This document shows positions 54,754 to 64,000 of a stretch of 64,000 nt of DNA, piece by piece. Every line of letters starts with the position of its first letter. Within the stretch, counting starts at the first letter, position 1. The translations under genes and the position numbers were made by a program. Below the pieces are notes generated by a model. The model searched no databases, was not told the DNA's origin, and saw nothing but the letters and a program-made list of their open reading frames with translations. This DNA comes from Vulcanimicrobiota bacterium (GTDB lineage Bacteria > Vulcanimicrobiota > Vulcanimicrobiia > Vulcanimicrobiales > Vulcanimicrobiaceae), in NCBI GenBank assembly GCA_963723515.1, contig CAVRQT010000003.1, forward strand, positions 992,001-1,056,000. The letters run 5' to 3'.

Positions 54754-55340
54754 TGGCTTGCCTGCCCTGTTGCGATAGCGACGACGATCGCTTTGCAAAC
54801 GGCGCCGTTGGAGGCACGCAACGTCGCGGCGCAATCTTCTAGCGTGCTGCCCGTCGTCATGACGTCATCGATCAGAACAAATTCGCGCCCGCCGAGATCG
54901 CGTTCGCGGCAGGCGAAGCGACCATGTGCGGCAAGCCGTGCTTGACGGTTGCGTCCGCGTTGCGCGTCGCCGGAAATCTGTGACAGCAAGTTGTGCGCAT
55001 GAGCTCCAGAGGCCCTAGCGCAGACAGCCGCAAGCAATTCGGCGCCATCGAAGCCGCGCACCGCTTTCCGAATCCGCGTTGTTGGGACCGGGACGAGTTG
55101 CATGCTCGCATCTGCCAATTCGGCCAAACGCGAGCCCATGCTGCGCGCGACGTCGCGGCGACCGTCCTTCAGGGCGAGGATCGCTTGGCGCAAACGGTCA
55201 GCGTACATTCCGAGTGCGCGCACCTCTAGCGTCGCGATTTTGACCGAATGCTGGCCCGATCGCGGCGCGCACTCGTCGCACAAGCCAGTGCCGAATGCGT
55301 CGCAGCCGCCGCATTGAGGCGGAAACAGCCAATCGAGTAT
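54732..55340 (-). CDS. comF: ComF family phosphoribosyltransferase
   Basis: LDWLFPPQCGGC..LCDEC Zn motif; LVPVP, RGFD and LIDDVMTTGSTL; start uncertain. Confidence 0.85.
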   Translation of the reverse strand: MLDWLFPPQCGGCDAFGTGLCDECAPRSGQHSVKIATLEVRALGMYADRLRQAILALKDGRRDVARSMGSRLAELADASMQLVPVPTTRIRKAVRGFDGAELLAAVCARASGAHAHNLLSQISGDAQRGRNRQARLAAHGRFACRERDLGGREFVLIDDVMTTGSTLEDCAATLRASNGAVCKAIVVAIATGQASHTSTSSV

Positions 55341-55382
55341 TGCCGACGGCTTTACGTTGAAGATGAGCCACTATCACGGCTT

Positions 55383-55618
55383 GGTCACACTTCGACAAGC
55401 TCAGTGTGACACTGGGACCGCCTCGTACGGCGACACAGTGGCGTCCGCAACGTTTTCGCGGTCCTTCGACAAGCTCAGTGTGACACTGGGACGATCTCGT
55501 TGCGGCAAGATGTGATTGCATCTCGGCAAGTTCAACTCTGTCACGCTGAGCTAGTCGAAGCGCCACCGTAATCGCCGCGTCCAACGGTTTTCGCGGCACT
55601 TCGACAGCGTCAGCGACA
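55383..55618. repeat. REP-like cluster
   Basis: CTTCGACAAGCTCAGTGTGACACTGGGAC twice, plus TGTCACGCTGAGCTAGTCGAAGCG. Confidence 0.85.
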
Positions 55619-56653
55619 CTAGGCGACGGGGAGTGGTTCCTCGTTGGCCACGACGCTGTCGTCCAAGTTGGCGTCAGCCGCAACGTTATAGCCGGCGCCC
55701 ACGATCGTATGCGTTAAGCGCGCGCCTTCGCCCACAACCGCGCCGTCCCACAAGATCGAATTCTCAACCCGCGCATTTGCGCCGATGCGAACGTCCTGCG
55801 AGACACCGTCGGCCCAATAATGCACGCATTGTCCTCGATCACCGCGCGCTCGCCGATCAGCACATCGCCGTCAATGACCGCAGACGGTGCAACGATCGCC
55901 GACTCATCGATGCCCGTTGCAGGCGTATCGGGAATATGAAAGCGCCCCGTTAAGACATCGGTGCTCGCGCGCCAATACTCATCGATCGTTCCGATGTCGC
56001 ACCAGTACGCATCCTCGGCATCGTAACCATAGAAAGCAGCGTTTGACTGCTGCAGCGCCGGAAAAACATCTTTGCCGAAATCGATAAACGTCGCCGGCGG
56101 AATATGTTCGAAAATTCTTGGGCTGAAAACATACACGCCCGTATTGACCGCCTTCGATCGCTCGGTTCCGGGCGACCGGCTTCTCTTGAAAGCCCGTTAT
56201 GCGGCCATCACGCGCCGTCAATACGACGCCATATTGCTCGACGCGCTCGCGCGGAACGAGCCCGATCGTCGCGAGCGCTTTGCGCTCTCGATGAAATTCC
56301 ACCAGCACGTTGAGCGGCAGATCGGTCAAATCATCACACCCGATGACGACGAAATCATCGTCCGAGAGAAATTCTTCCATCTGCTTGACCGCGCCGGCGC
56401 TTCCGAGCAGTTCCGGCTCGTGAAGATAATGCAGCCGCACGCCATAAGCCGAGCCATCGCCGAGCCGATCGACGATCGCTTTAGAGTGGTAATAGACGTT
56501 CAGCGCGATTTCGTCGTAACCGAACGATGCCAAATACCGAATGACATGCACTGCATTTGGGGCAAGCGCAACCGGCACGAGCGGTTTAGGAACTTGTTTG
56601 GTCAGCGGATAGAGCCGCGTGCTCAAGCCGCCGGCTAGGATCATCGCTTTCAT
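55619..56653 (-). CDS. NDP-sugar synthase (mannose-1-phosphate guanylyltransferase-like; frameshifted)
   Basis: MILAGGLSTRLYPLT..PKPL, FQEKP, YWCDIG and C-terminal hexapeptide repeats. Confidence 0.9.
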
Positions 56654-57391
56654 GTCGATGAAGTGCTGCGCCGCAACGAATCGGTCAGCACGAGCCAGAC
56701 AAACTGCGGGAGCGCGAGTTGGCGGCGCCAGCGGTGCGGCTCGCTGACCAGCCGATAAAGCCACTCCAATCCCAAGCGCTGCCAAATTCCCGGCGCGCGC
56801 TTGACTTTGCCGCTGATCACGTCGAACGAGCCGCCCACGCCGATCCCGACGCCGCAGCCGGTAGCGGCAAGATTGCGCGCAAGCCAAAATTCTTGCCGTG
56901 GAAATCCCAAGCCGGCGAAGAGAATCGCCGCGCCGCTCGCCGCGATCTGCTGCGCGATTTCACCGCTTTGTGCGTCGTCGAAGTATCCATGCTGGACTCC
57001 GGCAATTTGCAATGCCGGATAGCGCGTCCGCAATGACGTCCGCTGCGGAAGCCGCAACGCCGGATGCACCACCGAATAAAAAGATCCGCAGGCCCAGCCG
57101 CGCAGCGCCCTGGCAGATATCGTCGATCAGTTCAACGCCGGTCACGCGCGTGCGTAAACGTGAGCCGCGAAAGCGCGCAACGAGCAGCAATCCGATCGTA
57201 TCGCACAGCGAAAGCGCGCTCTGATTGACGACTACTTTGTATTCCGGATCGCGCTGCGCGTAAACGATCATCTCGGTCCCGAGCGTTACGACCTGCGCTT
57301 TGGCGCCGTTTTGAGCGAATTGCAGAATGCGATCCGTCGCCGCCGCCGCATCGAGCTCATCGACGCGGCAGCCGAGGATCTCTAAACTCAA
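56650..57391 (-). CDS. WecB/TagA/CpsF family glycosyltransferase (frameshifted)
   Basis: RVTGVEL, HGYF, GLGFPRQE, GVGGSFDV and GLEWLYRL. Confidence 0.9.
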
Positions 57392-58282
57392 ACGGCGACG
57401 CTCTCGCGGTAACGATGAATCAATGCGCGCAGATGCGGTTTGTTCGCTTCCGGCATCGGCCCTAACGGCGAACGCGGCAAACCGACGTCGAACCCAAGCT
57501 CGCGCATCGCCCACTTGATTGGAATCGGGCTGCTCGTCGCAAAGAGCGCCTTGAAGAGCGGGATCAGCTCAAAGTGAATTTTCGCAGCGTCGGCAATGCG
57601 CCCGTCGTGCACCGCCTTGGCCATTGCTTGGAATTCGGCTGAACAGAGATGCGTCGCGACGCCGACGACACCATCCGCGCCCATCGCAAGCGACGGCAAA
57701 AAGAGATGGTCATCGCCGCAAAAGAAAACAAAATCTTTGGGACGGTCGCGCAAAATGTCGCCGAATTGCGCCAGGTCGCCGCTCGATTCTTTGACGCCGC
57801 GAATGTTTTCATGGCGATGCGCCAGCTCGAGCAGCGTTGATGCCAACATGTTGGCGCCGGTGCGGCCTGGAATGTTGTAGATGAAGACCGGCTTCACGCA
57901 CGCCTTTGCGACCTCACCGAAGTGCGCGATCATTCCATCTTGCGTCGGCTTGTTGTAATACGGGACGACGCTCAAAATCGCATCGACCGCGCCTTCTTCG
58001 CTAATCTCCCGCGCGAGCGCCACCGCGGTGTGCGTGTCGTTCGTGCCGCAATTTCCAATAACGGCCGCGCGATCGCCGACGGCGGCCTTGACGGATCTGA
58101 AGAGGCCCATGCGCTCGTCAACATTGAGCGTCGGTCCTTCGCCGGTCGTTCCGGCGACGAACCAGTCCATCGTTGCCGCGATCGACGAGCCACTTCGCGA
58201 TGCGTCCGGCTTCCTCATAATTGACCGTTCCATCATCGGCGAAAGGCGTCACCATCGCGGTGACAATGCCGCCAAGCTTCAT
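57388..58282 (-). CDS. dapA: 4-hydroxy-tetrahydrodipicolinate synthase (frameshift near 58165)
   Basis: TAMVTPF, GTTGEGPTL, PYYNKP, YNIPGRT and GVKESSG. Confidence 0.95.
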
Positions 58283-59489
58283 GCGCTCTCTATCCTTCCC
58301 AGTTCGAAACGATCGTGAACCGCTCGCTCCGCGCGCTCGATATCGTTTTCCGGAATGAGCACGGAAATCGTAATGTTGCTGTCCGTGCAGTGGATCACTT
58401 CGACATTCGCTTCCGAGAGCGCCGCGAGAATTCGGTGCATCACGCCGGGCTGTCCACGCATGCCGGCACCGACAACGGATAGTTTCGCGCAACCGGCGCG
58501 CTCTTCGATCTTAAGCGGAAGCGGGGCTAGCGCTTCACGGACGGCAAGCGCCGACTCCGTACGGACAGCAAAAAAGATTCCGGCGGCATTCACGTTGATC
58601 TGATCGAGCGAGATACGGGCCAGCCGCTCGAAGATTTCAAGGTCCAGCTGCATGCCGGGATCGGCTGCGCGCTTTTTTCTCGATGGCGACAAAGGAGAGA
58701 TCGCCGGTCGACGTGACGCCGGTGACCGGTTGATCGAGGACGACACGATCGTCGACGACGGTTCCGCGATCGGTTTCGAAATGTTTGATCGCATACGGCG
58801 TTTTGGTCACGCGCGCATATTCCGCGGCTTTGGCATGCATGACGGCGGCCCCATACTGCGCGAATTCGCTGATTTCGAGCAGCTGCGCGCGATCGATCGT
58901 GCGCGCGTTGGGAACGCGCTGCGGATCGGCGGACATCGCTCCGTTGACGTTGGTGTAAATGTCGATGCTCTGCGCGCCGAGCGCATGACCGAGCGCAATC
59001 GCACTCAAGTCCGTGCCGCCGCGGCCGAGCGTTGTGATTTCTCCGGTCGTTGTCATTCCTTGAAATCCCGCGACGACCGGCACTTTGCCCTCGTCAATCA
59101 ATTCGCGGACTCGAACCGGCTCGACCCGTAAAATGTGCGCGTTTCCAAAGCTATTGTCGGTGATGATGCCGGCTTGCGCTCCGGTGAGCGCTCGCGCCGG
59201 CGTGCCGGAGTTTTCAAGTTGCGCTGCAAAGCATGCGGCGGAAATCAATTCGCCGGAGGCGAGAAGCAGATCGGAATTCGCATCCGCCTTTTGTTCGGCG
59301 GCCATCTGCAAAAGGGTATCGGTCGCATAGGGTTCGGGCGCACGGCCCATCGCCGAACAAACCACGACCGGCGAGAAACCTCGCTCGAGCACTTCGCGCA
59401 CCCGCGCGGCAGCAATCTCTCGCGCGCGTTGGGTCGCCAGCGACGTTCCGCCGAATTTTAAGACGCTGATCTGCAGCGACGGCTTTCAT
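58279..59489 (-). CDS. lysC: Aspartate kinase (frameshifted)
   Basis: KFGGTS, VVCSAMG, VAGFQG, TLGRGGTD and ACT domain VVGAGMRGQPG. Confidence 0.92.
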
Positions 59490-60489
59490 CGGTTCACAAT
59501 GCCGCGTTCGATCAGCATCTCGAGAATCTGCACGCCATTGGTGGCCGCGCCTTTGCGGACCTGATCGCCACAGACCCACATTGCGAAACGCTTGCCGGAG
59601 TCGTCTTCTGAACGCAATCGCGCGACGTGGACGTCGTCCGTGCCTTCAACTTCACGGGGCGTAACGATGCCGCGCTCATGAAAGACGATGCCGGGCGCCG
59701 AGTTTCAATGCATCGTCAAGTTCAGCGAAGTCGATGTCGCACGGTCGGTTTCAAAGAAAACAGCGGCTGAATGCGCGAATCGCACCGGAACGCGCACCGA
59801 CATCACCGCGCAATCGAGGTCGGGAAGCGAGAGAATCTTGCGCAACTCCGCTTGGATCTTGCCTTCTTCTACCGAGTAGCCGCGTTCATCGATGTCGCCG
59901 ATCTGCGGAACGACATTCCGCGCAATCTGCGCTGCGAACGCAATGCGGCGCCGGCTCCTCTTCCTCGGCGTTCAGCGCGCGTTCGGCCGCCTCGAATTCT
60001 TCCAAGCCGGCGCGTCCTGCGCCGCTGACGGCTTGATACGTCGCCGCGTGAATGCTTCGAAGGCCCGCGCGATCTCGCAATCGGGCCGAGTGCGACGCTC
60101 AAGATGATGGCCGTGCAATTCGCGACCGGAAAAACTTTTTGTCCATCTCGAAGCGCTGCGCCGTTGACTTCGGGCACGATCAACGCCAATTTCGGATCGA
60201 GTCGGAATGTCGCGCTGTTGTCGATGACGACGCAGCCGTTTCCTGAAATCTTCGGGACGAGCTCGGCGCTCGGTTCATCGCCACCGGCAAAAAAAATCGC
60301 GTCGAATCCGCGAAGCGCCTCGGCGCTCGTCGGCTGCACATCAAGTCGAGCGCCGCGAAAGGTCGCCGCTGCGGTGCGAGGACGATTCGCGAAAGCGGAC
60401 ACGGATGAAACCGGGATGGCGCGCTCTTCGAGCACACGCAGCAACATCTCACCCACAAGTCCCGTGGCACCGACGACCGCGATTTTCAT
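59486..60489 (-). CDS. asd: Aspartate-semialdehyde dehydrogenase (frameshifted)
   Basis: VVGATGLVG, IDNSATFR, VPEVN, ANCT, TYQAVSGAG and DQVRKGAATN. Confidence 0.93.
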
Positions 60490-61188
60490 ACCTGTTCCAG
60501 GAGACCGTCGAGCCCGATCTGCAGCGATTTGAGTTTGCCGACATGGCGCACTGCGAAGAGTATGCCGGCGACGTACGATTCACGCGAGATCGTATCGTGC
60601 CGAATCGTCAGCGTTTCGCCGGCGTTTCCGAACATCACCGCTTGATGCGCCAGCAAACCCTGAAGACGAACGCTATGCACGGGAACTTCTTTGCGCATCA
60701 CCGTGCCCAAACGGTCGGCGGTCAACCGCGCCGTTCCGCTCGGTTTATCTTTCTTCTGATCGTGATGCATCTCCAAAATTTCTGCCGCCGGGAAATAGCG
60801 CGCCGCCATCTCGCTCAGGCGCAGCATCACGGCAGCGCCAAGCGCAAAATTGGGCACGAGGATCGCGCCGATTTGGTGTTCGTCGGCAAGCGCGCGCAGC
60901 GTTTCTACGTCATCTGCGCCCCAGCCGGTGGCGCCGATCACCGGCGAAACACGGTGCACGATGCATTGCGTGGCGACTTCAACGGTCTTGGGATGCGTCG
61001 TGAAATCGATGAGGACTTGCGGGCTTCGTTTCTTCGATCAGGCGCTGGACGTCGTCGAACGTCTGCTCCGCCGGGTGCGCTTCGCGCGCAAATCCGCCGA
61101 CGTACTCGAGGTCGTTCGCAAAACGAACCGCACTGGCGGTAAGCTCGCCCATCCGGCCCTTCACGCCGGCCACAGCCACTCTGATCAT
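60486..61188 (-). CDS. dapB: 4-hydroxy-tetrahydrodipicolinate reductase (frameshifted)
   Basis: VAGVKGRMG, PNFALGA, EMHHDQKKDKPSGTA and TIRHD. Confidence 0.93.
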
Positions 61189-61205
61189 CGCCGCTTGCTA
61201 AGCCA

Positions 61206-61322
61206 TGCTTCGACAAGCTCAGCGTGACACTCGGCGCACTGTCATGAGCCGATAGAGCGACATGTTGCAATCGCGCCACACGAGGGGCGTCCCGGTGTCA
61301 CACTGAGCTCGTCGAAGTGTGA
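61206..61322. repeat. Pair of REP-like copies in opposite orientation
   Basis: TGCTTCGACAAGCTCAGCGTGACA ... TGTCACACTGAGCTCGTCGAAGTG. Confidence 0.85.
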
Positions 61323-61340
61323 CCTAAGGAATTCGCGCGC

Positions 61341-63497
61341 TTAGACTTTTTCCAAGGGTGCATACTTGAGCATCACCATCTTCTGTCCGACGTTCGGAAA
61401 ATTGATGGTGAGCAAGCCGTCGCCGCCTGCGCCGATGATCGACTCGACGGCGCCTTCGCCCCACTTCGGATGGCGGACCCGATCGCCGGGCTGAAGACCC
61501 ATGGCGACGCCGGCGCCGGCGCTATCGTGAATCGCGACTTCGCGCCAGCGGCCGCCGGCCGGGCGCGGCATGAGTTGCCCGCCGACCATCTCGACCATCG
61601 GCATCTCTTCCAAGAAGCGCGACTTCGGATGCGCGAACGTGTTGCCGAAAAGCGTGCGGCGCTCGGCATAGGATAAGTACAACTTGTCTATCGCGCGCGT
61701 AATGCCGACATACGCGAGCCGGCGCTCTTCTTCTAACTCATCCATTTCGATCAGCGCGCGACTATGCGGGAAGACGCCTTCCTCTAAGCCGGTCAAGAAG
61801 ACCGTCGGAAATTCCAATCCCTTCGCGCCGTGCATCGTCATCAGCGTCACGTACGATGCAGACGGATCGAGCGCATCGAGGTCGCTTATCAGCGCGATGT
61901 TGCCGAGGAAATCCGCCAGCGTCCCATCGGGCTCGTTCATCTCGAACTCGCGCGCGACACCGACGAGCTCTTGTAAGTTCTCCAAACGCGTGCGGGCGTC
62001 GTTCGTGTCTTCGTTCTGCAGCTCGCGCACGTAGCCGGATTCTTCCATCACGGCCACAAGCAGATCCGGAATCGTGAAGCCGTCGAACCGGCTGCGCAAG
62101 CTCGCGATCAGCTCACCGAACCGCTCGAGCTCGCGTTGCTTCTTCGGAACCGCGACTTTGAGCAGTTCGTGATCGAACACCGCCTCGCCGACGGACATCT
62201 TCGCTTTGGTCGCCGCCTCGACGAGACTCGCGAGCGTCTGCGCGCCGATGCTGCGCCGCGGCACGTTGACGATGCGCTTGAACGCGATCGCATCCGCCGG
62301 ATTCAAAATGTAGCGCAAGTACGAGATGATGTCTTTGATCTCTTGGCGGGCGTAAAATCCGACGCCGCCGACGACGCGATACGGAATGCCGTCGGAGATC
62401 ATCGCTTCTTCAAACACACGCGATTGCGCGTTGGTGCGATAGAGAATCAGGAAATCGCGATACGCCGAGCCCTCGCGCACTGCCGCCTTGATTTTCTCAA
62501 CGACGTAACGCGCCTCGGCCCTCTCCGTCTCGGCGCAAAATGCCGTGATGCTATCGCCTGCGCTTCGATTCGTGAAGAGCTTCTTCTCTTGCCGGGTCTT
62601 GTTGTTCGCAACGAGCGCCGAGGCGCAGTCCAGAATCGTCTGCGTGCTGCGATAGTTCTCTTCCAATTTGAAGATTTTGGCGCCGGCGAAATCTTTCTCA
62701 AAGCGCAGGATCATGCGATAGTCGCTGCCGCGCCATGAGTAGATCGACTGATCGTCATCGCCGACGGCCGTCAAGTTCTTGTGCTCGCCGGCAAAGAGCG
62801 TCAGCAGTTTGTATTGCGCGTAGTTGACGTCCTGATACTCATCGACGAGGACGTAGCGGAATTTGTTCTGATACCGCGTGCGGACTTCTTTATCGCTTTC
62901 GAGCAGATCGATCGTCTTGGCGATGAGATCGTCGAAGTCGAGACTGTTCGATTCGCTCAGACGGCGCTCGTATTCCTTAAAGACGTTCCCGTAGCGCTCG
63001 CCGATGAACGACTCGTGCGAAGCCAGATACTGATCCGGCGTCTGCAGCAAATTCTTCGCCTTCGAAATTTCCGAAAGCGCGGCGCCGGGCGTGATCTGCC
63101 GATCGTCGTAATCGAGATCCGCCAGAATGTCTTTGATCAGCGCGCGCTGATCGGCTTCATCAATGATGGCAAAGTTCGATGAGATGCCGATCTTGCGCCC
63201 ATCGCGGCGCAAAATTCGCACGCACATCGAGTGAAAGGTGCCAACCCAAATGTCGCGCGCGGCGGTGCCGACCATGCGCTCGAGACGGCTCTTCATCTCG
63301 CCGGCGGCCTTGTTCGTGAACGTTACGGCGAGGATGCGATCCGGAAAGACGTCGAGCTCGGTCAAAAGGTGCGCGATGCGATGCGTCAAGACTCGCGTCT
63401 TTCCGCTTCCAGCACCGGCGAAAATTAAAACAGGGCCGTCCGTATGGCGGACGGCATCAAGTTGGACGTCGTTTAAACGTTCAGTTTCCGCTATCAT
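61341..63497 (-). CDS. pcrA: ATP-dependent DNA helicase PcrA/UvrD
   Basis: AGAGSGKT, VDEYQD, VGDDDQSIY, LEENYRS, HGAKGLEF and EERRLAYVGITRA; C-terminal Tudor-like domain. Confidence 0.97.
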   Translation of the reverse strand: MIAETERLNDVQLDAVRHTDGPVLIFAGAGSGKTRVLTHRIAHLLTELDVFPDRILAVTFTNKAAGEMKSRLERMVGTAARDIWVGTFHSMCVRILRRDGRKIGISSNFAIIDEADQRALIKDILADLDYDDRQITPGAALSEISKAKNLLQTPDQYLASHESFIGERYGNVFKEYERRLSESNSLDFDDLIAKTIDLLESDKEVRTRYQNKFRYVLVDEYQDVNYAQYKLLTLFAGEHKNLTAVGDDDQSIYSWRGSDYRMILRFEKDFAGAKIFKLEENYRSTQTILDCASALVANNKTRQEKKLFTNRSAGDSITAFCAETERAEARYVVEKIKAAVREGSAYRDFLILYRTNAQSRVFEEAMISDGIPYRVVGGVGFYARQEIKDIISYLRYILNPADAIAFKRIVNVPRRSIGAQTLASLVEAATKAKMSVGEAVFDHELLKVAVPKKQRELERFGELIASLRSRFDGFTIPDLLVAVMEESGYVRELQNEDTNDARTRLENLQELVGVAREFEMNEPDGTLADFLGNIALISDLDALDPSASYVTLMTMHGAKGLEFPTVFLTGLEEGVFPHSRALIEMDELEEERRLAYVGITRAIDKLYLSYAERRTLFGNTFAHPKSRFLEEMPMVEMVGGQLMPRPAGGRWREVAIHDSAGAGVAMGLQPGDRVRHPKWGEGAVESIIGAGGDGLLTINFPNVGQKMVMLKYAPLEKV

Positions 63498-64000
63498 TGA
63501 ACGCTTACGTTCGCCGTAAACGCGTTTTCTGCCTCGCTCATCGTCGCTGCTGCTGACAAATATGCGAGCGTTGACTCCGCGCCCATGTTCGCGTTGACCG
63601 AATTTTCATCGATTCCGTCGTGGCATGCGCCGTCTTCGACCATTGTCGCAGCGGCGGTGTTCTGTCCGTAGTACCAGAGCCAGCCGGCCCGGGCGGCGGT
63701 TAAGAATGCAGGATCGTTCGAGCGCTCGTAGGCCGCGAGGCCCGCGTCGATCAGCGCAACGCCTTCGAGCGGCTGCTGCCCGTAAAGAGCGCGTTTGTGG
63801 CCGCGCTGATACCATCCCTGATTGCCGATCGGCACGAAGATGCCGTCCTCGACAACGATACTAATGTAGAAACGGAGCGACTCGAGCCCGATTTCGACCA
63901 ACCCTGGGTCGCGCAGCGCCTCGCCTGCGTAGAGCGCCGCTTCGCAAAGTCGCGGGTTATCGTAGGTCATGGCCTCTTCGAACCAGCGCCAATCTTCGGC
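63494..64000 (-). CDS. C-terminal part of a glycosyltransferase-associated six-hairpin protein (partial)
   Basis: WRWFEE.MTYDN, PIGNQGW, QQPLE and NMGAESTLA motifs; truncated by the window edge. Confidence 0.7.
   Translation of the reverse strand, partial: AEDWRWFEEAMTYDNPRLCEAALYAGEALRDPGLVEIGLESLRFYISIVVEDGIFVPIGNQGWYQRGHKRALYGQQPLEGVALIDAGLAAYERSNDPAFLTAARAGWLWYYGQNTAAATMVEDGACHDGIDENSVNANMGAESTLAYLSAAATMSEAENAFTANVSVQ

Noticed and set aside
6810..61188. Frameshifts in many genes (thrS, tsaD, purM, purD, purL, purB, holA, asd, dapA and others) as pseudogenes or programmed frameshifts
   Set aside because: They hit essential genes at scattered positions with no in-frame stop decay or shared slippery motif, which fits long-read indel errors

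Overview
This is a GC-rich (~60%) bacterial chromosomal segment, mostly housekeeping genes. Gene content suggests a soil Terrabacteria lineage such as Ca. Eremiobacterota, which is an inference only. Many conserved genes are broken by single-base frameshifts, which is best explained by uncorrected long-read indels rather than real pseudogenes. In order the window holds: (1) an actinobacterial-type cytochrome bcc/aa3 gene set split over two divergent operons, running directly into a selenocysteine (in-frame TGA plus SECIS hairpin) formate dehydrogenase with Fe-S and NrfD subunits; (2) thrS, an MFS transporter, tsaD, a Zn-metalloprotease, pepA and panB; (3) a large purine cluster with unusual members (GNAT-PurN fusion, two archaeal-type PurP paralogs, tandem-domain PurS, animal PAICS-like PurC-PurE fusion with a degenerate PurE site); (4) holA, mtnA and a riboflavin operon split by a sugar-utilisation cassette, with an XRE-HTH fused to RibBA and a palindrome over its -35; (5) comF, an NDP-sugar synthase, wecB/tagA, dapA-lysC-asd-dapB and pcrA. 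Intergenic spaces carry a covarying REP-like hairpin family. The most striking feature lies at 46.6-46.75 kb on the minus strand: a compact 68-nt non-canonical tRNA-like gene with alanine identity (G3:U70, A73) but a GTC (Asp) anticodon position. It is followed by a small unit with its own extended -10 and terminator that is antisense to the tRNA's D-arm and anticodon. This is a candidate RNA-only toxin/antitoxin or tRNA-silencing module.
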